Virus record (IMG/VR): IMGVR_UViG_3300033067_001183
Coordinates: 1 to 30,212 of that record
Strand: one strand, 5' to 3'
Length of the DNA: 30,212 nucleotides
From: a virus
Taxonomy: Duplodnaviria > Caudoviricetes
The notes beneath the pieces are model-generated. The model was not told where the DNA came from, made no database searches, and worked only from the letters and a program-made list of their open reading frames with translations. Below, one piece after another: positions 17,621 through 25,306 of the stretch. The stretch's first letter is position 1; every line of letters starts with the position of its first letter. Both the position numbers and the translations under genes were made by a program.

Positions 17621-18205
17621 ATGACAAAAGAAAAATTCTTATCATTTTATGCAAATACTCCTTATTATACAAATGCTAGTGCCTGTTGGGATGCTCTTGA
17701 GACTGCATTTGCAGAGATTTACAAGACCTGTCCATTCTGTGGACATCAGTCAGAAAAACCTGCAGTACCTCCTCTTGTTATGGTTGGTGCTTTGGCAACT
17801 GTTCGTATAGAAGTCGGAAAAAACTTCTTTCCTATTTCAGAATATGCGCCAAATCCGGCTTATTTTAACAGATACGAAGGTAGAGCCGACTTGGGTAATA
17901 CAATCGCAGGAGACGGCCTAAAATTCAAAGGTAGAGGCCTAATTCAGCTTACTGGGAGGGCAAATTACACTACCTACGGCCAGAAACTGGGTATAGACCT
18001 AGTGTCTAATCCTGATTTGGCCTTAGACTTGCAGGTATCTGCTCGGATATTTGCAAGGTATTTTGTGGATAGAAAGGTCGACAGAGCATGTATTAATCAA
18101 GACTGGCTTACTGTTCGCAAACTTGTGAATGGTGTCAATCGTAATACAGGTTTACCAAATGGGTGGGATGAATTCAAACACATTATTAATCAATTCTTAA
18201 AATAA
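17621..18205 (+). CDS. Endolysin, glycoside hydrolase family 19
   Basis: YEGRADLGN...GDG.KFKGRGLIQLTGRANY...VNG signature. Start placed at the ATG at 17621. Confidence 0.9.
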   Translation: MTKEKFLSFYANTPYYTNASACWDALETAFAEIYKTCPFCGHQSEKPAVPPLVMVGALATVRIEVGKNFFPISEYAPNPAYFNRYEGRADLGNTIAGDGLKFKGRGLIQLTGRANYTTYGQKLGIDLVSNPDLALDLQVSARIFARYFVDRKVDRACINQDWLTVRKLVNGVNRNTGLPNGWDEFKHIINQFLK

Positions 18206-18207
18206 AT

Positions 18208-18468
18208 ATGCAAATGTTTCAATCAGCAACAAGAGTTTCACTCTTAATCATGATCTTGTCATTAGTAGGTATTAATGTTTTCTCTCTGGTTTTTTACCCA
18301 GACACAGCATTCAAAGATACCTTCGCAGTTTTTTCTAACATAATTGTAGCAGTTACTTCCTTCTTTTTTGGTAAATCATCTGCGCAAGTAGAAAAGAAAG
18401 CAGAGCCTACACCTGTTGACAAGACATTAGACAAGGTGGAAAGTGACTTTACACAGGCCGGATTATAG
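18208..18468 (+). CDS. Putative holin (2 TM helices)
   Basis: Two hydrophobic helices ending in 'FFFGKS', charged tail; follows the endolysin. Confidence 0.7.
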   Translation: MQMFQSATRVSLLIMILSLVGINVFSLVFYPDTAFKDTFAVFSNIIVAVTSFFFGKSSAQVEKKAEPTPVDKTLDKVESDFTQAGL

Positions 18469-18529
18469 GTAAACTTATAAGTGAGAGTGGGTGCAGGGGT
18501 CTCGGTGGGACTCAGTCACTCTCTTACTT

Positions 18530-18682
18530 ATGAAAAAATATCAAGATTTGGCCGATGCTGTTTGGGTAAGACATCTCTCAAACAAAATCGCCTCAGGAAT
18601 TGCAGCCATTGTGTTCTTCATAAAAAAGAACATCCCAATGCTAGTAGTTTCCATGTTGTGTATTACACAAGTGTTCGCTTGA
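18530..18682 (+). CDS. 50-aa hydrophobic peptide with a structured leader
   Basis: MKKYQDLADAVWVRHLSNKIASGIAAIVFFIKKNIPMLVVSMLCITQVFA*. The ATG sits at the base of the hairpin at 18477-18531. Confidence 0.4.
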   Translation: MKKYQDLADAVWVRHLSNKIASGIAAIVFFIKKNIPMLVVSMLCITQVFA

Positions 18683-18706
18683 CAAAAAAATAACAGTGTA
18701 TAAACT
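18679..18706 (+). promoter_or_regulatory. Sigma70-type promoter with no downstream ORF
   Basis: TTGACA-16 nt-TAAACT. Confidence 0.6.
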
Positions 18707-18712
18707 TAATAT

Positions 18713-18850
18713 TGTAGGCAGTTATCGTCACTGTCTATAAATATTTTGTACTATGAAGTTCTAGTGAATTTTGTTTTCATATATTGTCACCAATCTGTCG
18801 TGGATTGGTGTCTGGCATGGTCGATTGCCAGACACGAGTCCATGATGTCC
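18713..18850 (+). ncRNA. Candidate structured small RNA
   Basis: ORF-free 140 nt after a promoter; hairpins at 18713-18739, 18788-18810 and 18797-18846 with G-U pairs. Confidence 0.45.
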
Positions 18851-18861
18851 ACTAAAATCAA

Positions 18862-18889
18862 TTGACATTCTCATTGCAATTGGTACACT
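18862..18889 (+). promoter_or_regulatory. Sigma70-type promoter, probably giving a leaderless mRNA
   Basis: TTGACA-16 nt-TACACT with extended TG; ATG 8 nt downstream. Confidence 0.7.
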
Positions 18890-18897
18890 GTTTATGT

Positions 18898-19206
18898 ATG
18901 AAAATAAATACAAATACAATTATTAATAATTTAAAGAACGAACCTTTTACTATCAAAAAAGATGGTATAGATGTAAGTCTTACGGTGGGTGATGTTTTAT
19001 TTGCTGAGTTATCAGCAGCCTCAGGTGTTCCACTAAAAACGAGTTGGAAACTTCTACCTGAATTAGCAAAAGAAAATAACGAATTTGAAATAACAGAAGA
19101 TGAAAAAAAGACTCTTCTTAAAGTAATCCAAGACTCTGCTGAAAAACCTGCAGAGGGTCGATTTAACTTGGTTATTTATGGTCGCCTAATGGAAATATTA
19201 TCTTAG
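18898..19206 (+). CDS. Hypothetical protein
   Basis: Start moved to the ATG at 18898, because the TTG at 18862 is the -35 box. Confidence 0.65.
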   Translation: MKINTNTIINNLKNEPFTIKKDGIDVSLTVGDVLFAELSAASGVPLKTSWKLLPELAKENNEFEITEDEKKTLLKVIQDSAEKPAEGRFNLVIYGRLMEILS

Positions 19207-19208
19207 GT

Positions 19209-19430
19209 ATGAAACTAATCACCAGACCTGAATGTCCACATTGTGACGCAGTCAAAGAGTGGTTAGCAACTCACAAACCTGATTTAAAAATTGAAATTGA
19301 GTGCCTTGAAACAAAAGTGGTTGATAGTGCGTATTCACAATATAGCGATAAAGCGCCAATCCTTTTAACAGGATGGGGATTTGTGGCCGGATCACACGCC
19401 ATTATTGACTACTTCCAAACATTAGCATAA
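19209..19430 (+). CDS. Glutaredoxin/NrdH-like redoxin
   Basis: TRPECPHC..VKEWL, cis-Pro motif APIL, and GS.AIIDY. Confidence 0.8.
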   Translation: MKLITRPECPHCDAVKEWLATHKPDLKIEIECLETKVVDSAYSQYSDKAPILLTGWGFVAGSHAIIDYFQTLA

Positions 19431-19462
19431 ACTAACAACTAACTTCTTATCCCGAAGTTAAC

Positions 19463-19498
19463 AAAAAAGCAGCCTTACACAGCTGTTTTTTTGTTTTT
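19463..19498 (+). terminator. Intrinsic terminator, possibly bidirectional
   Basis: AAAAAAGCAGC-loop-GCTGTTTTTTT, followed by GTTTTT. Confidence 0.7.
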
Positions 19499-19599
19499 GG
19501 TATATACTAATTCTAAGGTTGGTTTTTGTAGGTTTCCCTTTCCAGACAGGTTAGCGCCTGTAATAGAAAAAACCTACACCACAAAGAGGAGTTACTGCG

Positions 19600-19797
19600 A
19601 TGAAACTGCGATGCTCAAATCCGACCTGCAACTGTGTAGTTGATACTAGGCAAGGCTTCAAAAGGCATTGTGACCGAGTCTTCTGTTCGACCGACTGTGT
19701 AGAAACCTACATCGTCCAAGTACAAAGATTTGCATTCACAACATCACCTTTCAGAGAAAGTCCACCACTCAACTACAAGCAGAGAAGAACAAGCTGA
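19600..19797 (+). CDS. Small Zn-finger protein (CxxxxC...FCSxxC, TRASH/MYM-like)
   Basis: CSNPTC and FCSTDC; GAGGAG SD 8 nt upstream; TATACT -10 at 19503-19508. Confidence 0.65.
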   Translation: MKLRCSNPTCNCVVDTRQGFKRHCDRVFCSTDCVETYIVQVQRFAFTTSPFRESPPLNYKQRRTS

Positions 19798-19801
19798 CAA
19801 G

Positions 19802-19855
19802 TTATCCACAACTCTTCTTTTTTTTGTTGACTTTATTTTTATACAGGTGTTTACT
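19802..19855 (+). promoter_or_regulatory. DnaA box plus promoter
   Basis: TTATCCACA at 19802-19810; TTGACT at 19827-19832, 17-nt spacer, TTTACT at 19850-19855. Confidence 0.55.
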
Positions 19856-19894
19856 TTAATTATCATGGTAAGCCATGAGAAAGGCAGGTGCTAG

Positions 19895-20083
19895 ATGTAC
19901 CAGTTCACTATTCGAGGACAAGTGTTCTCCTTCCCTACTCGTGAGGCATATCTCTTGGCGTTCTCTCGAGCGCTTGATATTGCCGATGCGCAGGACTACA
20001 AGGAGCCACCTCCAGACGAGCAGATGGAACTGCCCCTCTACAAACCTCCGATAGGCATTGAGTTGCCACAACTTGAGGGATGA
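19895..20083 (+). CDS. 62-aa protein with a candidate beta-clamp-binding motif (QMELPL)
   Basis: Has its own promoter, an SD-like AAGGCAGGTG and a downstream terminator; about 52% GC by hand count. Confidence 0.6.
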   Translation: MYQFTIRGQVFSFPTREAYLLAFSRALDIADAQDYKEPPPDEQMELPLYKPPIGIELPQLEG

Positions 20084-20096
20084 AACACTCCCTTAC

Positions 20097-20136
20097 AAAA
20101 AGAGCCGAAGTCATCACAGACTCCGGCTCAATTTTT
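20097..20136. terminator. Bidirectional terminator between the convergent arms
   Basis: AAAAA-GAGCCGAAGT-loop-ACTCCGGCTC-AATTTTT. Confidence 0.65.
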
Positions 20137-20147
20137 GTAAAATGGTT

Positions 20148-20390
20148 TTATTTTTTGTAAAAAGTCACCATTTTTTTGTGTAACTGCCCTTCAATTTGTC
20201 TTACCCTTTCTCTGGTTATACCCAGATCTTTGGCAATGTTTTGTAGGGAGTCTCCTTTGTGTCTACGCAGCAATATAGTTTTCCATCTTGCAACTTTTTC
20301 TTTTGTTTGCTTTGGATCAGAAAACTTTGATGGCTTGTAGGCTTTGAAATATGTATTTACATATTCCTTGTAGTTTTTTTGGTCTATCAT
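20148..20390 (-). CDS. Sigma70 region-4-like HTH protein
   Basis: SLQNIAKDLGITRERVRQIE matches the sigma region 4.2 signature. Confidence 0.8.
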   Translation of the reverse strand: MIDQKNYKEYVNTYFKAYKPSKFSDPKQTKEKVARWKTILLRRHKGDSLQNIAKDLGITRERVRQIEGQLHKKMVTFYKK

Positions 20391-20391
20391 A

Positions 20392-20838
20392 TTATTTTAT
20401 AATTCCTTTTGCTACCAGTTGTGTGTACATCTCTTGGAAAGCGTAGGCTCTGGTTTCTGAGTCTTTTCCGGCAAAGTGAATGTCTGCCCAGTGGAATAAT
20501 TCATGTAGCACAGTATCGTTTGACATGTCTTTGTCTATCCAAATTGTGACTGTGTCTCTAATAAAATATCCTCTTACCATTGGCACACCTATTTCGACCG
20601 GCTGTGCTTTTTTTCTTTCACAATAAGTTAATGTACCTTGCTGAATATCTGTAAACTTTTGACAATTATAGTTTTCAATTTTTGTGTCCATTTCTCTCAC
20701 CTGCTGTCCTTTTTCTAATTTACCGACTGTAATTTTTGTGGTCGGCTCATCTTTAAAAATAAAGTAGAGTAATTTAATTGAAAGTATAATTGCGATCACT
20801 AACGCAACTCGGACAATTATTTTCCAGTATCTTTGCAT
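20392..20838 (-). CDS. Membrane-anchored HEXXH metallopeptidase-like protein
   Basis: N-terminal TM helix; VLHELFH...SETRAY. Confidence 0.65.
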   Translation of the reverse strand: MQRYWKIIVRVALVIAIILSIKLLYFIFKDEPTTKITVGKLEKGQQVREMDTKIENYNCQKFTDIQQGTLTYCERKKAQPVEIGVPMVRGYFIRDTVTIWIDKDMSNDTVLHELFHWADIHFAGKDSETRAYAFQEMYTQLVAKGIIK

Positions 20839-20839
20839 A

Positions 20840-21130
20840 CTATCTTAATCCTCTAAATGGTTCTGTCATTTCAGATAGAACTTTCCAAGCTTTAGAGCCT
20901 TTTTGGTCTGTTTGTACATCAGCGTACAAACGAACATCAACTACAAAGTCTGCAAATCTTTTAATTAATTCATCTTTTTTGTCTAGCGTCTTGTCTAAGA
21001 TTTCATTAGACCTTTTGTAGGCTGCTATTTCTTTCCTGAGTTCTGCAACTTTTGGTTTTACAATAAAGTAGTATTCAAAGATTGCTACTATAAGTCCACC
21101 GGTTAGTAATAATATTATTTGGTCTATCAT
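20840..21130 (-). CDS. Hypothetical membrane protein (N-terminal TM plus coiled coil)
   Basis: Hydrophobic N-terminus; ATGA overlap with the upstream gene. Confidence 0.65.
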   Translation of the reverse strand: MIDQIILLLTGGLIVAIFEYYFIVKPKVAELRKEIAAYKRSNEILDKTLDKKDELIKRFADFVVDVRLYADVQTDQKGSKAWKVLSEMTEPFRGLR

Positions 21131-21402
21131 AAATTTATTTTGTTTTTATAGTTTCTTTTAATTTGACTAATGTGAGACGGGCTTACATTGTAGTCTTTTG
21201 CAATTTCCGAGCAGGTTCTAGGGTCTAGGTAGATGGCTTGATGGTCTTCCGGTTTAATTTTCCAGTAGCCTTTCCATTTTCTACTCAGATTACCTTGTTG
21301 TGGTTCTACAAAAAGCAAGTGGTCGATTTGGTCTGTGAGTCTTTGAATGCGAACCTCACTCCATACCATCCATGCTAACAAGAATAATGTGAATATTATC
21401 AT
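21127..21402 (-). CDS. Membrane-anchored HTH protein
   Basis: Hydrophobic N-terminus; C-terminal SEIAKDYNVSPSHISQIKR HTH. Confidence 0.6.
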   Translation of the reverse strand: MIIFTLFLLAWMVWSEVRIQRLTDQIDHLLFVEPQQGNLSRKWKGYWKIKPEDHQAIYLDPRTCSEIAKDYNVSPSHISQIKRNYKNKINL

Positions 21403-21647
21403 AGACCTATTTTTTCTTTTACCTTATCAAGCACGGTTGGGTTGGCTAGTTTTGTGTAAACCATGAAGGCTTCTTGTGCCTTCAATCCCCACTTCTCTGC
21501 TTTTTTTAATAATGTATCTCCTCCCCTAAATCTTTCTTGTGGACTAAGAGCCTTGTAAATTCTTAGGAATTTCTCGGCTTGTTTTTTCTTATGATTATAG
21601 TCTGCCCTGCGAGATCTGATTAGTTTGATTTTGTCCTCTGATTCCAT
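21399..21647 (-). CDS. Hypothetical basic protein
   Basis: ORF in a tightly packed operon. Confidence 0.6.
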   Translation of the reverse strand: MESEDKIKLIRSRRADYNHKKKQAEKFLRIYKALSPQERFRGGDTLLKKAEKWGLKAQEAFMVYTKLANPTVLDKVKEKIGL

Positions 21648-21650
21648 AAA

Positions 21651-22013
21651 TTAAAAGTTTTTTAAATCTATTTGCATTCTTAGGTTTTTAATTTCTGTTT
21701 CCAGATTTAAGATTTGATTATCTTTGTGTCCGATAGTTGCTTTTAAATCTGAGTAGCTGTCTTTTGCTAATAATTTACCAATGTCTGCTGCCACTTCCAT
21801 CCAAGTCTTGTAAACTTTGGAGTTTGTCTTTCTTTGAAATGCATAGCCTTCGTAATCATCTGTGTCGGCGCCTTTGATAATTCTACTGAAGGCCTCGAGC
21901 ATTTCTGTTTCTTGGCTTTTCAAACTTTCATTTTGAGCCTCTAACTTTGCAATCTTTTCATCAGCACCTCGTAGGAGGTCTGACAATGGAATTCTAACTT
22001 TTTTTGTTTTCAT
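21651..22013 (-). CDS. Hypothetical coiled-coil protein
   Basis: ORF in a tightly packed operon. Confidence 0.65.
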   Translation of the reverse strand: MKTKKVRIPLSDLLRGADEKIAKLEAQNESLKSQETEMLEAFSRIIKGADTDDYEGYAFQRKTNSKVYKTWMEVAADIGKLLAKDSYSDLKATIGHKDNQILNLETEIKNLRMQIDLKNF

Positions 22014-22015
22014 AA

Positions 22016-23980
22016 TTATTTGATTGAATATCCTTGTAATCTTATTAATCCTTGCTGACTTGGAGTCTTGAATAGCAAGTCTCCTCTGCCAGTAAGTTTC
22101 TCAGCGCCAGACTCGTCAAGGATAATGCGACTGTCTGTTACTGAGGAAGTTGTCAAAGCAATCCTCGTAGGAAAGTTTGCTTTGATTAATCCTGTCACCA
22201 CATCAACTGAAGGCCTTTGTGTTGCTAGGATTATATGCACTCCGGCTGCTCTACCCATTGCTGCAAGTCTTGTGATTGAGATCTCTGCATTTATTGGTTC
22301 AGGTCGATCATTTTTCTTTTTAGACTTGTTTACTTTTGGTTGGAGCATAAAGTCTGCGTATTCATCAATTACCACTACAATGCGAGGCAGTTTTGTCTTT
22401 GCTTTGGCATTGTATTTTTCAATGTCTTTGGTTTTTGATTTTCTTAGCAATTCGTAGCGATTTTCTACCTCATTCATGATACTTTGTAGCTTTATAGAGG
22501 CTTCGTAGCCATCGGTAATGGTTTTATTCCCCTCCACATGGGCTAAATCTGCGAAACCTGCGAGTTCTACTCGCTTAGGGTCTATAAGTACCAGTTTGAG
22601 CTCTTTTGCGCTGTTTTGAGCCGAAATTGACTCCAATATCACATTCAGAAGCACACTCTTTCCTGATCCGGTGGTTCCGGCAATCAAAAGGTGTGGCATC
22701 TCAGCAATATCTCCGTAATAATCCTGTCCGTCAATCGTCTGTCCAATTGGAAACTTTAATGTTCCTTTGTTCAGGAGTTTTTTGTCAAAGTACGCTCTTG
22801 TTCTGTCTTTGTTTGGCACTTCAACTCCCACAAGGCTTGTACCTTGAATTGGAGCGAGAATGTTTACCTTTCCATCAGACTCAAGAGCTAACTCAATATC
22901 GTCTTTCATTTTTTTAACAGTCTGCATTTTAATACCGGCTGCAACTTTGAAACGATACTGAGTAACCTGTGCGCCAGTTTTCTTTTCGACTGGCATCACA
23001 GGAATTCCAAATTCGGCCAGTTTCAATTTAATTTTTTCCTCAGGGAGTAAGTTCTCATTTATTTTACTGTCAATTTTAGATGCAATAAACTTTTTTGAAA
23101 CTAACTGCACATCTTTCACTTTGTGCATAACTTCCACATCGGACAAGTCGGCATCCATCAAGCCTTGAGCGTAAATCAAACCGGACTCTTCGCCATCCAT
23201 TATGTCTGCAATGTTTGGTAAGAATACTGGGTCGTTTTTCAGGAACTTTGTGATGTCTTTTATAAGGTTGTAAAACAATGCAAAGTAAGGCTCGTGGTCA
23301 AATGGAATTGAGTAGTCTTGTATTTGAGAGTCGCCATTTTTATTATCTGATATTTTTGTTTGTCTGAAGAGCATTCTTTTTGCCTTGATACCTTTTGTTT
23401 CCCATAGCAAGTGATACATAAACATCGCTTGAATTATTTTTACATAATCTTCTGTTTCGTATGATGTAAATCTGTCAGAGAATTTGGTATCAATTATTTC
23501 TACATTTTCAGGGTTGTCATCCCACTGATGCACTAAGTCTGCTATCCCTGTGAATGCGATAGGCAATTCATCTCCGTAGATTGTTTTACACTTTGCTTCC
23601 CATTTTTCCTCGACTGATATTATTTTGTGGTACTTTGGTTCTTCCTTGAAATAGTTTCTGATTACTTTGTTGTAACCTTGTAGCATCTTTTCTCGGCTAT
23701 CCCATCGTGCTCCGTATTTAATAAATCCATCTGAGGACTCTACCAAATAATCCATTCCAACTTTTATTACATCCTCAATATCCTGTTCCATATCTGTATA
23801 ACGATATTCGAGCGCTTTGTGTGCTGCTTTGCCGATCATCATTGGTACTGTTGAAAGGCTATCATTATATTTTAGGATGTATTTCTTTTTAAACATCGCA
23901 GGGTTTCTAAGCAAGGTCACAACTGCCGAGTAGGACAATCGGTCGACCGGCATAAAAACATTATTCGTTTCCGAGTTCAT
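22016..23980 (-). CDS. PD-(D/E)XK exonuclease fused to an FtsK/SpoIIIE motor domain
   Basis: N-half: LSYS, GKAAHKALE, GIADLV, IIDTK, Q...Y. C-half: FtsK alpha domain (VGVEVPN), PHLLIAGTTGSGKS, IDPK, VIDEYAD, GRAAGVHIILATQRPS, GAEKL.GRGDLL. Confidence 0.9.
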   Translation of the reverse strand: MNSETNNVFMPVDRLSYSAVVTLLRNPAMFKKKYILKYNDSLSTVPMMIGKAAHKALEYRYTDMEQDIEDVIKVGMDYLVESSDGFIKYGARWDSREKMLQGYNKVIRNYFKEEPKYHKIISVEEKWEAKCKTIYGDELPIAFTGIADLVHQWDDNPENVEIIDTKFSDRFTSYETEDYVKIIQAMFMYHLLWETKGIKAKRMLFRQTKISDNKNGDSQIQDYSIPFDHEPYFALFYNLIKDITKFLKNDPVFLPNIADIMDGEESGLIYAQGLMDADLSDVEVMHKVKDVQLVSKKFIASKIDSKINENLLPEEKIKLKLAEFGIPVMPVEKKTGAQVTQYRFKVAAGIKMQTVKKMKDDIELALESDGKVNILAPIQGTSLVGVEVPNKDRTRAYFDKKLLNKGTLKFPIGQTIDGQDYYGDIAEMPHLLIAGTTGSGKSVLLNVILESISAQNSAKELKLVLIDPKRVELAGFADLAHVEGNKTITDGYEASIKLQSIMNEVENRYELLRKSKTKDIEKYNAKAKTKLPRIVVVIDEYADFMLQPKVNKSKKKNDRPEPINAEISITRLAAMGRAAGVHIILATQRPSVDVVTGLIKANFPTRIALTTSSVTDSRIILDESGAEKLTGRGDLLFKTPSQQGLIRLQGYSIK

Positions 23981-24815
23981 TTAATGGTACGATTTTATGA
24001 TTAGCGCCTCCGACTGCAGGGCTACTTGCGTTTAATTGATACTGGCTAATAATCGAGTCCTTGTTATCCTCTTCGAGAGCTTTGTTTATGTCCTCGTTTT
24101 TTGAAAGAGTTTTTGCAAGTTGTTTGATTACTGTTTTTCTCCACATCCACATTTCAGGGTCGTTTGAATTCCATGGGGAGTAGGCTGAAGTCTTAGCTTG
24201 TGAGAACTCTTTGAATTTTAATATTTCAGTTGCGTTCATCACTTTGAATTGCTTTGTGCCATTTTGCATTGTTGCAATTGCGTACACTCCGATTGCTTTG
24301 CCACGATCAGGCGACATCACATCCGGCTTGTGTATTAGCTTTGGTTCTAGACCTTCTTCGTATTCAAAGTGGTCTTTTTCTCTCACAATTGAAGTTGTGA
24401 TTGAAACTCCTGTGCGCGCAAGTAAAGTTATAAGTCCTTGATATCCTAGTTGAAACTGTGCCTTGCCTTTGTAAGGTAGGACATAAGCCTCGCCGGATGC
24501 GTTGGAGGGGAATAAGTTTAATTGGGCGCAGGTTACGAATGCATCAAATACTGAATTTCTATCACACTCTAGCAATGCAGGTATTCTATTTACACTTTGG
24601 ATTACAGATGAAGCAAACTTTTGTGCTTTCTCTTTGTTTCCATTTAAATAGTTTTCTATTGTTTTGTACTGCTTTGCTGCAAATTCGTTTTTGAATACTT
24701 CGATTGGAGTTGGTGGTCGTGTGTTTGGCTTTGTTATTGAATGCGTAGCTGTTGGTTTTGTCTCTGCTACTTTCTCAAAGCCTTCAGCGTCAGCACCATC
24801 GTTTTTTGTTGTCAT
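23961..24815 (-). CDS. recT: RecT-family single-strand annealing protein
   Basis: AYVLPY..AQFQLGYQGLI.L..R, SPW...EMWMWRKTVIK. Start placed at the ATG at 24815. Confidence 0.9.
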   Translation of the reverse strand: MTTKNDGADAEGFEKVAETKPTATHSITKPNTRPPTPIEVFKNEFAAKQYKTIENYLNGNKEKAQKFASSVIQSVNRIPALLECDRNSVFDAFVTCAQLNLFPSNASGEAYVLPYKGKAQFQLGYQGLITLLARTGVSITTSIVREKDHFEYEEGLEPKLIHKPDVMSPDRGKAIGVYAIATMQNGTKQFKVMNATEILKFKEFSQAKTSAYSPWNSNDPEMWMWRKTVIKQLAKTLSKNEDINKALEEDNKDSIISQYQLNASSPAVGGANHKIVPLNELGNE

Positions 24816-24857
24816 ATGTTGTTGATAATTATTGTGGGCGACTACTCCCACATCTTT

Positions 24858-24903
24858 AGTATAGCAATATTGACACTAAATGCAAATTGCTGATTGTGGA
24901 TAA
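24858..24903 (-). promoter_or_regulatory. DnaA box plus early promoter (recT operon)
   Basis: On the - strand: TTATCCACA-9 nt-TTGCAT-16 nt-TATACT (extended TG), followed by a 5' hairpin GTGGG...CCCAC. Confidence 0.75.
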
Positions 24904-25089
24904 CTATATATGCTCCTCTTTCATTGCTAAAATGATGTGTTTGCAAGTCTCTTTTCTGATTTTGTTTGCCTTGCATTCACAAGTCCATCCGGTCTTGTCA
25001 AAAACTACTTTGTAGAAAACTCCTTGTTCAAACTCAGAGGACACTAAAGCCTCCAAGTACATTTTTTTGACTATTCTTTTGTATTCCAT
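24904..25089 (-). CDS. SWIM zinc-finger protein
   Basis: Y.V...WTCEC...CKHI. Confidence 0.8.
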   Translation of the reverse strand: MEYKRIVKKMYLEALVSSEFEQGVFYKVVFDKTGWTCECKANKIRKETCKHIILAMKEEHI

Positions 25090-25090
25090 A

Positions 25091-25306
25091 TTAGAATTTA
25101 ATTATTTTGTATTTGTATTTAATATCATACCAATTGTAGTATGTTTCTTTTTGTGGGTATTCACTTGACCTCACTTTTTTAAAGCAGACCATACCACTTT
25201 TTGATCCAAGATTTTTTCTTTGCTTTTCTGTAGGAGACCTTAGAATTGAACCTTTTTTTAGTTTTAAATAACTTTTAAATGATATTAATACTTTTACACT
25301 AGTCAT
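25091..25306 (-). CDS. Hypothetical basic protein
   Basis: Start placed at the ATG at 25306, overlapping the upstream stop. Confidence 0.5.
   Translation of the reverse strand: MTSVKVLISFKSYLKLKKGSILRSPTEKQRKNLGSKSGMVCFKKVRSSEYPQKETYYNWYDIKYKYKIIKF

Noticed and set aside
18983-18989. Additional CGGTGGG copy (and ATCGGTGG near 1573)
   Set aside because: These are shorter matches inside coding sequence, explained by the encoded residues and not near start codons. They are not counted as loop targets, but they show that some chance matches occur.
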